Shown here one piece after another: positions 39,851 through 49,480 of a stretch of DNA of 64,000 bases; within the stretch, counting starts at the first letter, position 1; each line of letters begins with the position of its first letter. The stretch is from an uncultured Chloroflexia bacterium. GTDB taxonomy: Bacteria > Chloroflexota > UBA6077 > JACCZL01. The translations under genes and the position numbers were made by a program. The notes below the pieces were generated by a model. It made no database searches. It had not been told where the DNA came from and worked only from the letters and a program-made list of their open reading frames with translations. The stretch is taken from contig CAVXYC010000030.1 of assembly GCA_963765765.1 (NCBI GenBank), positions 192,001 through 256,000 of the forward strand, given 5' to 3'.

Positions 39851-41536
39851 GTGCATGTAGTGAGCGGCCTATATCCCGCCGTGTTCATCGACAAGGATGG
39901 CACGCTGGTGGAAGATGTTCCCTACAACGTGGATCCCGAGCGCATTCGGCTCATGCCCGGGGCGGAGCGGCTCCGCGAGCTCATAGCAATCGGGTACCAG
40001 CTTGTCGTGATCTCCAATCAGTCGGGCATCGCACGCGGCTACTTCGACGAGGACGCGCTTGCATCGTCGGTTCGGGGGCTCGAAACGCTTCTGCGTAGGA
40101 TCGAGGTGCCTTTGGCGAGCTTCTACTACTGTCCCCATCATCCAAACGGTCGCGTTGAGAAGTATCGGCTGGAATGCGCTTGTCGCAAGCCGAGCTCGGG
40201 ATTGATCGAACGAGCGGCCATAGAGCTGCGGCTGGATCTGGGCAGATCGTGGATGGTCGGCGACATTCTCGACGACGTGGAAGCTGGGTGCCGAGCCGGC
40301 TGCCGGACCGTGCACATCGATAGTGGACACGAGACAGAGTGGATCCTAGCGCCTGATCGCATGCCGCACCGGACCGTGGCGAACCTCGGTGGCGCGGTCG
40401 ACGCTATCCTGGCGGCCGGACGTCACGACCAACCGGGACATACGATTGCGCCCTGGCAATCCGCGCGCAACATCCTGTGTGTTCGCCTCGACACGCTGGG
40501 TGACGTGCTCATGACCACACCAGCGATCCGTGCGCTCAAGGAGTCGCACGCTGACCGCCACATCACGCTGCTCACATCGGGTGTGGGGGCACAGGTGGCA
40601 GCGCTCGTCCCTGAGATTGACGATGTTATTGAGTTTGACGCTCCGTGGATGAAGGGACGCTCAGGATTGGGTGGCGACCAGGCGGTCATCGACGAGCTCG
40701 AAAGACGGGAGTTTGATGCCGCGGTGCTCTTCAGCGTCTACTCGCAAAATATCTGGGCCAGCGCATTGCTTTGTAGACTCGCCGGTATTCCACTTCGGCT
40801 CGGTCATTCACGAGAGAATCCATATGACCTGCTCACGGATTGGGTTCCTGAGTTTGAGCCGGAGAGCTTTGTCAGGCATGAGGTGCAGCGCCAGGTGGAG
40901 CTTGTTGAGCGGATCGGCGTATCTACGAATGATCTTCGGTTGTCTCTCACTGTCTCAGAGAAAGCGGATGACCGGTGTGGAGGCAGGCTTCAAGCGGCGG
41001 GCGTCGATCTCTCCCGGCCATGGGTGCTCATTCACCCCGGTTCACGGGCAGCATCTCGACGGTATCCACCGGAGATGTTCGCCCAAGCAGCACGGACGCT
41101 GGTGCTGGAAGACGGCTGGCAGGTCTGCTTCAGTGGCTCCTGCGATGAAATGCTGCTCGTGGAAGAGATTCGCAGCCAGATGGACGCCCCGAGCTGTTCA
41201 CTGGCCGGACCGATGGAACTGGAGGAGCTGGCAGGCATCATAAGTCGCGCTCCACTTCTCATCACCAATAACACCGGCCCCGCGCACATCGCGGCGGCAT
41301 TGGGAACTGCGCAAGTCACCATCTACGCGCAAACGAACCCTCAGCACATGCCCTGGCATAGCGCTGCTCGGGTCCTGAAACGAGACGTCGCTTGTCGATA
41401 CTGCTACCGCAGTGCCTGCCCGGAAGAACATCACGATTGCCTGAGACTTATTCAGCCCGATGAAGTGGTCCGGGCGGCACGGGGAATGATGGTGGTGCGA
41501 ATGGATGTCCAGGCTTTCGTGCCCGATAAGGTGTAG
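39851..41536 (+). CDS. Fusion of GmhB-like HAD-IIIA phosphatase and GT9 (heptosyltransferase-like) glycosyltransferase
   Basis: FIDKDGTL, SNQSG, CPHHP...CACRKP, MVGD; then ILCVRLDTLGDVLM, IHPGS, NNTGPAHIAAALG, CRYC...C. Confidence 0.88.
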   Translation: MHVVSGLYPAVFIDKDGTLVEDVPYNVDPERIRLMPGAERLRELIAIGYQLVVISNQSGIARGYFDEDALASSVRGLETLLRRIEVPLASFYYCPHHPNGRVEKYRLECACRKPSSGLIERAAIELRLDLGRSWMVGDILDDVEAGCRAGCRTVHIDSGHETEWILAPDRMPHRTVANLGGAVDAILAAGRHDQPGHTIAPWQSARNILCVRLDTLGDVLMTTPAIRALKESHADRHITLLTSGVGAQVAALVPEIDDVIEFDAPWMKGRSGLGGDQAVIDELERREFDAAVLFSVYSQNIWASALLCRLAGIPLRLGHSRENPYDLLTDWVPEFEPESFVRHEVQRQVELVERIGVSTNDLRLSLTVSEKADDRCGGRLQAAGVDLSRPWVLIHPGSRAASRRYPPEMFAQAARTLVLEDGWQVCFSGSCDEMLLVEEIRSQMDAPSCSLAGPMELEELAGIISRAPLLITNNTGPAHIAAALGTAQVTIYAQTNPQHMPWHSAARVLKRDVACRYCYRSACPEEHHDCLRLIQPDEVVRAARGMMVVRMDVQAFVPDKV

Positions 41537-41556
41537 TTGAGCGTTCTCCATCACCT

Positions 41557-41600
41557 CCTCTTCGGTGGGACAGTCGTCGACGACTGTCCCACCGAAGAGG
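41557..41600. repeat. Perfect 44-bp loopless palindrome, repeat family B
   Basis: cctcttcggtgggacagtcgtc|gacgactgtcccaccgaagagg, between convergent genes. Confidence 0.9.
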
Positions 41601-41638
41601 TGAGCGTTCGCACTTTCTTAGCCGAGGGTGGGTGGAGT

Positions 41639-42367
41639 CTAGACCCGCCAGACCTTGAACACGACGGCGTACTCGACGCCGAACTGAGCGCCGCGCTCGG
41701 CGGCCGGCTTGCGCAGGAACCCGCTCACGTCCATTGGCTCGCTCAGGTTGGCGATGTAGTCCGCGTGGGCCTCCAGGGCTTTGACACCGGCATCCATGTG
41801 GCCGCTGGTATCGCACCAATGATCGGCATCGTGCACGCCCGGGATGAGAATGAGCTTCACTCCATTCCACGGCTCCAGCCCTTCGGCGAGCAGCTCGGTG
41901 AAGATCCAACGATTGCCGGCATCACGCGCCGCGTCGAGTGAAGCGAGACCGACCGCGCGGTGATCGGCCTGATTCAAGGTGCCGCCTCGTCGGGTGAGGT
42001 CTGTGTTCTGCGTCACGATGACCTCGGGACGGTACTTGCGGATCATTCGGGCCAGGTCTCGTCGCAGCGGCTGGCCGTACTCAATGACCCCATCGGAGTG
42101 ATCGAGGAATTCCACGATATCGACGCCAACCGCTTTAGCCGCGTCACGTTGCTCGCGCTCACGGAGAGGCCCGACTTTGTCGGGCGTCATGCTATCGATC
42201 CCGGCCTCGCCGCGGCTCGCAAGTACGTACGTCACTTCCTTGCCCATGGAGACCCAGCGGGCGACGGCGCTGGCGGTCCCGTATTCGATGTCATCGGGAT
42301 GCGCAACGATGCACATCGCTCGGCTCCAGTCTTCCGGAAGGTGCGGCATTGAGCTCGCGGCCATCAT
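41639..42367 (-). CDS. PIG-L family deacetylase (LmbE/MshB-like)
   Basis: IVAHPDDIE, SRGEAG, REREQ, YRPEVIVT, QADHRAVG. Confidence 0.92.
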   Translation of the reverse strand: MMAASSMPHLPEDWSRAMCIVAHPDDIEYGTASAVARWVSMGKEVTYVLASRGEAGIDSMTPDKVGPLREREQRDAAKAVGVDIVEFLDHSDGVIEYGQPLRRDLARMIRKYRPEVIVTQNTDLTRRGGTLNQADHRAVGLASLDAARDAGNRWIFTELLAEGLEPWNGVKLILIPGVHDADHWCDTSGHMDAGVKALEAHADYIANLSEPMDVSGFLRKPAAERGAQFGVEYAVVFKVWRV

Positions 42368-42443
42368 CTACTCCTCGTGGACGGGTAATGACGGGACTAT
42401 AGCTTGCGGTCGAGCTGCCGAGACGCCCAATACAGGACTGCCT

Positions 42444-42520
42444 CGGTGGGACAGTCGTCTCGACTGTCCCGTCTGGACTCAGCGGCGGGGCACTGGACAG
42501 TCGAGACGACTGTCCCACCG
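42444..42520. repeat. REP doublet, family B (GTGG foot plus hairpin)
   Basis: cggtgggacagtcgtctcgactgtccc (42444-42470) with exact inverted copy ggacagtcgagacgactgtcccaccg (42495-42520). Confidence 0.9.
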
Positions 42521-42605
42521 GACGGGACTCTCGCGCGGCATCCTTGACTAAACCGTATTGGCCGAGACGCCGCGAAGGCCGACGGCCTGATTAGCTCGGT
42601 GGAGC

Positions 42606-43540
42606 CTATCCGCGCCGGGCACGCCGCTTTGGCGATTCAGCCCCGGCGCGGGAAGGGGCCAACGGCTGGGCGAGCTCGGCCATGAGAGGCGGGATCTCAG
42701 CCAGCAGCTCGCGCGCCAGAAACCCCAATGGGCCAATCTTTGATGCCAGCCGCTCGCCAGCGCGGCTGTGGAGAAAGACGCCCCAAGCAGAGGCTTGAGA
42801 GAGCTCTGCTCCGCGTGCCGCGAGACCAGCGATGATCCCGGACAGTGTGTCGCCAGAGCCGGATGTTGCTAGCCCGACTGTGCCGCCGCGATTGCGCCAG
42901 ATTCGACCATCGGAATCGGCAATCACGGATTCGGCACTCTTAAGCACGATGACCGTGCGAAAGCGCGCCGCGGCTCGACGAGCGCTGCTAATGAGATCTG
43001 ATAACACAGCTTCTTTCGGCTCGCCCAGAAGACCGGCCATCTCTCCCGCGTGCGGCGTGAGAACGGCCGGACAGCCTAGCTCGTAGAGCTCGTCCGGGCA
43101 CTCCGTGACGGCCATCATGGCTTCTGAGTCGAGCACAAGGGACGTCGTGGAGAGACGGGGTAGTAGTCCGATCAGCAGCTTCAGAATTGCCTCGTTGTCC
43201 ACCAGCCCTGGACCGATCAGCGTTGCCTGGCAGTCATTCGCCAGCTCCGCCAGATACTCCGCGGCTGTGGGATCGATTCCTGAGCGCTCAGTCTCGGGAA
43301 GGGCATAGATGCGCGCTTCCGGCACCGCAACGCCGATAGACGGAGCGATGCTCTTGACCGCGGCGATGCGCAGCTTTCCGGCGCCGCTCGGAGCGCAGCG
43401 GTAGATGCCAGAATCGCAGTGCCCGGGAGCTCCGCCGATCCCGCCACCACGAGTACTCGTCCGCGAGATTCCTTGTCACCGGACTCGCTCGGTTGAGGAA
43501 GCTGCCAGCCAAGCAGCAGGCGTGGTGAGAGCGTCTCCAC
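42606..43540 (-). CDS. nnrD: Stand-alone NAD(P)H-hydrate dehydratase; frameshifts near 43390-43330
   Basis: DKESRGRVLVVAGS...PG, LIGPG, VLTPHAGEM, VIVLKS, LATSGSGDTLSG, GVFLH. Confidence 0.85.
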
Positions 43541-43565
43541 ACCTTGCCAGTCCCCGGTTGCAGAT

Positions 43566-44336
43566 TTACGGTGCTGGCGCGCGGGCATCCGGCTCCGTTG
43601 TGACCTCGGCTCCCTCTTCGAGAAGCGGAACGGTCATGTTGTATTCGCGCAGCGCCAGCGGCAAGTGCCTACCACGTGTCGGATCGAGCTCGTAATGCGT
43701 CACGGAGCAGTTTGACACCTCGTTCTCTTGGTCTACCTTGAGGATATCCTGCTCACTCATGCGCTCCAGCAAGTATCGGAAGCACGAGACCACAACCGAG
43801 TGACACACAATGAGGACCCGCTCACCCGGATATTCTCGAGTGAGGGTATCGAGGACGCTGCGCAGCCTCAGAATCACGTCGCACCAGCTCTCACCCCCGG
43901 GTGGACGATGGTAGAACTTTCCGAGAATTAGCCTGAGCTCCGCCTGCTCGGGGTGGACCTGCGCGATGCCGTCGCGCGTGAATTTGTCCAGGATGCCGAA
44001 TTCTTTCTCACGCAGCCGCTCATCGCACGTGGTGGTCACTCGCTCGGCGTCCAAGCCGGCAGACTCGCGGATGAGCTCGGCCGTACGCAACGCCCGGAGA
44101 TACGGCGATGTCAGAATGGCGGTCGGCTGGCTCTCCTCGGATTGCTCGCCGAACCAGTGGCCCAATGCGCGAGCCTGCCGCACGCCGCGTTCGGAAAGGG
44201 GCACGTCGATATCGCGCTGGTTTATATCGATCTTCGCCTTGCTCGCCTGATAAGCGGCTTCTCGCGCAACGTTGCCAGCGCTCTCCCCATGCCGAACGAT
44301 CCAAAGTACACTCGGCCAAGTGTGTTCTGTGGTCAT
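43566..44336 (-). CDS. Histidine phosphatase family protein
   Basis: IVRHGES, LSERG, SPYLRALRT, LREKEFG, PGGES, IVCHS. Confidence 0.92.
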   Translation of the reverse strand: MTTEHTWPSVLWIVRHGESAGNVAREAAYQASKAKIDINQRDIDVPLSERGVRQARALGHWFGEQSEESQPTAILTSPYLRALRTAELIRESAGLDAERVTTTCDERLREKEFGILDKFTRDGIAQVHPEQAELRLILGKFYHRPPGGESWCDVILRLRSVLDTLTREYPGERVLIVCHSVVVSCFRYLLERMSEQDILKVDQENEVSNCSVTHYELDPTRGRHLPLALREYNMTVPLLEEGAEVTTEPDARAPAP

Positions 44337-44365
44337 AGCTTAGTAATAGCGCAAATCGTCATACC

Positions 44366-44471
44366 GAGTTTGAAGTACGGGCGGTCTTCGCCGCTTTGGC
44401 CACAGGTGGAAGCCGTCGGCGGCGCGCTCCGCTTGAATCCAAAGCGGCGAGAACCGCCACACTCCAAACTC
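44366..44471. repeat. REP-like doublet, family C
   Basis: gagtttgaagtacgggcggtcttcgccgctttgg (44366-44399) resembles the reverse complement of 44439-44471, gagtttggagtgtggcggttctcgccgctttgg. Confidence 0.7.
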
Positions 44472-45566
44472 AGTAGACCCTGAGCAGAGGGAAGATCCGC
44501 GGGCGTTCTCGCGCAAGATACCGAGCTTATCGTCAGTCGCGACAGGAATGGCATCCGATCGATCACCGGAACCATATCATCCTGTGGCTTGCCCGTTTCG
44601 GGATTGATCAAGCTGGAGCCGCTGCCGGGCACTTCGGTGCCGAAGAGCATGCGCTCCGGACCGCGCTGCTTGATTGCCGCGGCAAGGAAATCGGGGTCGT
44701 AGGCGCAGGTATCGAAGAAGAGGTTGTTTACTGAGGTCTTGCTCGGCCTCCTCCTCTTGATCGCGTGCCACTCCCAGACCCACGGAGCCGCCTGCCATCT
44801 CGCCGCTCTCACGGACTTCGAGCTTCGTGAGTGTCCCATCGGGCTTCACTCCGGGCCGAGTACCCTTGACCAACATGCGTCGAAGTGCTCCGCCACAATG
44901 GCAGACGACGATCTTGAGATCGGGAAAGCGCTCGAAAACATTGCTGTGCTCTAGGAGCAGCACGGCAAGCGTCTCCTCGGTGATGTTGTTGTACTGGTAG
45001 CTGTGGGGAATGCGATCCAGTCGAGGATCGTGGGTGATCGAGGGGTGAACGATCAATGGAGCCTTCAGCTCTTGAGCGCGCTTGTAGAGCGGGAACCAGT
45101 AGTCCTGGTCCATGCCCGGCGTCTGTCGATCCGCACCGGGATCGGGATTGACCGTGGCGCCAACAAATCCGAGCTCATTGATGCAGCGATCGAGCTCCGC
45201 AACGCAATTCTCCGTGGAAAGCGATTGGTGCTGCGGAAGCTGTGCAATGCCGACAAACCGATCGGGACTCAGCCGGCAGATCTGGGCGATGCAATCATTG
45301 GTCGTCACCGTCCACTCGTCCACCAGGAACGGCCGCTCCCACTGCATCATCGCGACCGGTCGGGCGGAGATCATCTGGACGTCGATGTTGCGCTCGTCGA
45401 GCATTCGTAGATGCCGTTCCGAGGCGCCGGCCATCGCATCGTCAGGAATGACGAGCTTGCCTCCGCCCATGCCACGCAGCGCAATCATGTTGTAGGCGAA
45501 CGCCCGGAAATGCGGCGGCGTGGACATGTGTCCGTGAATGTCGATGACTTTCTTGTCTTGATACAT
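44470..45566 (-). CDS. Amidohydrolase_2 protein, 4-oxalomesaconate hydratase (LigJ)-like; frameshifted
   Basis: VIDIHGHMSTPP, VAELDRCINELGFVG..NPDP, CHCGGA, NLFFDTCAYD, MLFGTE, INPETGKPQDD. Confidence 0.8.
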
Positions 45567-45641
45567 CCCGTGTGCTCCTTGAAGTCGGGGCAGTTTCCAT
45601 TAAGCAGCGAGGACAATCAAGCGAAGCAGCGCCGGAAGCCG

Positions 45642-46400
45642 CTACGTTTCATTGAGCAGTCGCTCTCGTCTCTTCCGGCGGATTTCCAGCACAACCAGCA
45701 GCGCCGCGGTGACCAGGCTGACGAGGACACCCAGGTAGAGCCTATCGGGCGAGAAGTCGAGATCCACACGATGGGTGCCGGCGGGGAGCAGTATTGCGGT
45801 GAAGGCTAGATTGGCGCGCAGAAGTGGAGTGGCTACGCCATCAATCCATGCGCGGCGCTCGGCATAGTACGGCTCACTGAGCAGCAGAACGCCCGGGCTG
45901 GATGATTGTACGTTCACCGAAAGCTCACCTGCAGGCGTGTCCTTAATCGTTGTCTCTACGCTCGCAGTCGGCTGACATCCCGCGACGCTGAAGTCGTCCA
46001 GTCCGCCGGGTGATTGCATGAGGGCCACACGCTGTCGGGCGTCGCGACGGTCGTCGCTCAGAAGATCGATCGCCTGTTGTTCTGTTTCAACGACATCGAC
46101 GGCGCACATCCACTGAGCGCGCGGCAAAGGGTTTCGATTTCGATAAATGTAGAGACCGTCCACCTGGCCCACGAGCTGAAAGTGATCGACATTGAGTGGC
46201 GTGCACTTCACCACGTGCGTCACGTTCCTTGCGCAGATTCAGAGGCGACTATTCGCGATGTCTGCTGTTGTCCAACTAAAGCCCTTCCGTTACCATTTGC
46301 TTCGTTCTCGTGGACATAAGGCCTCGTTTCGCGGTGCAAATCGGCATGAGCATGATGAGCATTGCCTCGACTCACGAGTCGTAGAAATTGCGCGCGACTG
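45642..46400 (-). pseudogene. C-terminal remnant of a YfhO-family membrane protein
   Basis: NVTHVV, IYRNRNPLPRA, LLLSEPY..RAWIDG, RANLAFTAILLPAGTHRV and a final TM. The upstream part is frameshifted and the N-terminal TM region is absent. Confidence 0.7.
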
Positions 46401-46471
46401 TGGCAGCCACGCTGATACCCATGGCTGCCCATCGACTCTACCGCCCATCTCGCACGCTCAAGATCCATCCC

Positions 46472-48031
46472 ATGCTCCTGGATGGGATTGTGATTGCGCT
46501 CCTGGCGCTCCTGACGCGCGGAGCGTTGCAGTACTTCGCGCCGGTTCTGATTAACAAGGACAGTGTCAGCTACTTTCTACCGGGCTGGGATCTGGCGCAC
46601 GACCTCGGGTTCAGTCCGGACTACCGTCGCGCGCCTTTGTACTCATGGTCCATTGCTGGGGCACTCTCGCTCTTCGGCGATCAGCTCAGCTCTGTCTCAT
46701 TGATGCAACACTTGCTTGGATCAAGTGTCGTTGTTGCCACGTACGTGCTGGGCGCGCTGGTCTTTGGGCGAGCAGTCGGCTTCATCAGCGCCGTTCTGGC
46801 GGCGATGTCAGGCCCGCTGCTCATCTACGGTCAGCGTATCGACGCGGAGACATTGTTCGGCTTCATGCTGACCTTCACCGCGCTCTTCTGGGTTCTTGGC
46901 TACCGCCGGCGTAGATATGGCTGGTTCGTGGCGGGTGGAGTGGCGCTGGGCCTGGCTTCATTGACCCGGCCTGCTGGACAGATGCTCATCCTGGCGCTGC
47001 CGATGGCGTTGCTGCTTCAGTCGGGTGGTATCCGGACCGCAATCGGTCCATCGTTCGCCGCGGGGCTCGGGCTCCTAGCCGTAAAGATTCCCTGGACACT
47101 GGTGATTTTCGCCCAGACAGGACTCATCACGGGCGGGGCGACGCTGGGTGAGCCGCTGCTTTCGCACGTGGTGTTTGGTCAGCAATGGATGGCCAGTGCG
47201 TACCGTGCCGAACAATTGGCATCAGAGTATCGGACAGATGCCTGGATCTACGACGCGTTGACCACATCCCAGATTCGCTTCGCACTCCCGGACGAGCAGC
47301 TCGACCCCAGCAGCGACGATCTGCTCAATCAAGCTCGGCGCCAGTCGATTCGACTCCTGTCACAGGGGCAAAGTCCCAGTGCAACACGTGAACGGATCGA
47401 GCGCAGTCTCGGGATCTCGCCGGCCGAGGTCGACGCGATCTTTCAGGATCTGGCGTTTGAGATGATCCGAAATCAGCCATTGCAGTTTGCGCTCTCATCA
47501 CTGCGGGGCGGCGCCCTGGTGATGCTGGGCCGAGTAGAGCACCTGCAAATAAGCTGGGACGCGCGTCGCAGTCAGGCCGGCCGCGCCATGGAAGACAACT
47601 GGTACGAAGTGCGGCGGATTCGCGATTTGGTCCAACCGGCTACACCGACGCAGCTTGCCGCGTTCGGTTCAATTGACGCGCTGACGAACTTGTTTCAGCC
47701 CAGTCGCTACGGCGGTATCATGAGCGTGCTCATGCTTCTCAGCGTTCTTCCCTGCCTCTCACGGCCGGGTTGGGGCATCGGAGCGGTTCTCTGGTTTATG
47801 GTGCTCCTGCTTGTACTTACCAGCAGCACGTTGTCCTGGGCGGCCCCACGGTACCGATATCCGATTGATCCGCTCATTTACATTCTGGCTGTCGCCGCGG
47901 CGGCAACAGTTGTCGGGTGGTGTAGCAGGGCAGTTCGAGTGTTAATCTCCTCGGCAAATCGGGCTTCAGGCGGCCAGGTGGCTACGAATCCGACGCTTGG
48001 GCCCGCGAATGAGCCGGGCTCGTCACGCTAG
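46472..48031 (+). CDS. GT-C membrane glycosyltransferase (ArnT/PMT_2-like)
   Basis: NKDSVSY, RRAPLY, QHLLG, AETLF, GLASLTRP, PRYRYP and many TMs. Confidence 0.82.
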   Translation: MLLDGIVIALLALLTRGALQYFAPVLINKDSVSYFLPGWDLAHDLGFSPDYRRAPLYSWSIAGALSLFGDQLSSVSLMQHLLGSSVVVATYVLGALVFGRAVGFISAVLAAMSGPLLIYGQRIDAETLFGFMLTFTALFWVLGYRRRRYGWFVAGGVALGLASLTRPAGQMLILALPMALLLQSGGIRTAIGPSFAAGLGLLAVKIPWTLVIFAQTGLITGGATLGEPLLSHVVFGQQWMASAYRAEQLASEYRTDAWIYDALTTSQIRFALPDEQLDPSSDDLLNQARRQSIRLLSQGQSPSATRERIERSLGISPAEVDAIFQDLAFEMIRNQPLQFALSSLRGGALVMLGRVEHLQISWDARRSQAGRAMEDNWYEVRRIRDLVQPATPTQLAAFGSIDALTNLFQPSRYGGIMSVLMLLSVLPCLSRPGWGIGAVLWFMVLLLVLTSSTLSWAAPRYRYPIDPLIYILAVAAAATVVGWCSRAVRVLISSANRASGGQVATNPTLGPANEPGSSR

Positions 48032-48093
48032 GGCCGAGACGCCGTTCTTGATCTGGACATCCCATTGAAGAACCTTCCGGATATAGGCAGCCG

Positions 48094-49296
48094 ATGATTC
48101 GCGTAGCACTCATGGTGTTCGGTCTCATCGTAGGCCTCATTTGCACCGAGATTTTCCTACGCGTGAGACCGCCGATTCCGGCGGAGGACGTACTGCCATT
48201 CGCAATCCGGGAAGATGACCTGGAACGCATTATCGAGGGAGATGCATACATCCGGTTTGATCCAGTTCTCGGATGGGCCGCTACCGAGTCCAGCACTCGC
48301 CGAGACGGAAAGATCACCTATCAGACGAACTCTGCCGGCATGCGCAGTGACCATGAGATTCCGATCACGGCTGCTCCGGGCGTCACCCGCTTGGCCTCGT
48401 TCGGCGACTCGTTCACCTTCTGTGACGAGGTGAACAACTCAGAGTGCTGGGCGACGCAGCTTGAACGCGAATGGCATGGCACGGAGGTCCTGAACTTCGG
48501 TGTGCCAGCGTACGGTCCGGATCAAGCGTGGCTGCGCTACCAGCGTGATGGAGCTCAGTATCAGCCATGCGGAGTGATCATTGGCTACATGGTGGAGAAT
48601 ATTCACCGCGTGGTCAATCGATTCCGTCCGTTCTATAGACCCGAGACCGGCATTGTCCTGAGCAAGCCGCGCTTCCTCTGGGATGGTAGCCAGCTCACAC
48701 TCCTTCCAAACCCTATTTCGTCCCCCGAGATGATCGAGGACCTCCGCTGGGTTGAGTCCACGCTTGGACCAAATGATCCCTGGTACTACCAGGGCATGTT
48801 CCAGGGCGGACCACTGGACCTGCTCCAGTCAGTGCGGCTGGCCAAAACGGTCGCGTACCAGCGGCGGCTCGGTTACGGCACCGAGGATGGAGATCTCTCA
48901 AAGCGCCTCGGCTGGGCATATCAGCCGGATCAAGAGGGGTTTCAGGTCGCCTCCAACGTGTTGATCGGGTTCGCGAACGACGTGCGCGCACGAGGGGCAA
49001 GTCCAGTTGTAGTCGTTTTCCCGCGGAAAGAGGAAGTCATCAACCTGCGCGATGTGAAGACTAAGGCGCACGCCCCGTTGGTGGACAAGCTTGCGAGTGT
49101 CGGCATCCCAACGATCGACGTCACAGACATCCTTCTCCGTCAGTCACGTGGGCGAGGTGTCGATTCACTGATTGACAAGCACTACACCGCGCGCGGAAAT
49201 CGCGCCGTAGGCGAGGCGCTTGCGCAGCAGCTCCCACCGCTCATGGCGCCGACGTGCCAAGGCAGTGCGCCTGCGCCGACCGTCGCGCATCAGTAG
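48094..49296 (+). CDS. Membrane-anchored SGNH/GDSL hydrolase
   Basis: N-terminal TM, FGDSFT, NFGVPAYG, DKHYTARGN. Confidence 0.85.
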   Translation: MIRVALMVFGLIVGLICTEIFLRVRPPIPAEDVLPFAIREDDLERIIEGDAYIRFDPVLGWAATESSTRRDGKITYQTNSAGMRSDHEIPITAAPGVTRLASFGDSFTFCDEVNNSECWATQLEREWHGTEVLNFGVPAYGPDQAWLRYQRDGAQYQPCGVIIGYMVENIHRVVNRFRPFYRPETGIVLSKPRFLWDGSQLTLLPNPISSPEMIEDLRWVESTLGPNDPWYYQGMFQGGPLDLLQSVRLAKTVAYQRRLGYGTEDGDLSKRLGWAYQPDQEGFQVASNVLIGFANDVRARGASPVVVVFPRKEEVINLRDVKTKAHAPLVDKLASVGIPTIDVTDILLRQSRGRGVDSLIDKHYTARGNRAVGEALAQQLPPLMAPTCQGSAPAPTVAHQ

Positions 49297-49480
49297 GCGG
49301 ACTCTCTGAGCTCCCCGGTAGAGGGGGCGTCTTCGCCTGCGGCGGCCATCGAGGCCGCACTGCGATATCCCAATCAGCAGCGGGAGTCCTCGGCGCGCCG
49401 CGGGAAGGGACGCCCCTTCCCCGTGTGAAGGATTTTTGGCTGCTACACTAGCAACAATGGCGATTGGGAGGGACTCGTCC

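Noticed and set aside
41557-42520. Palindromic repeats as a CRISPR array
   Set aside because: The copies are inverted, few and about 850 bp apart. There is no regular repeat-spacer period and no cas gene.
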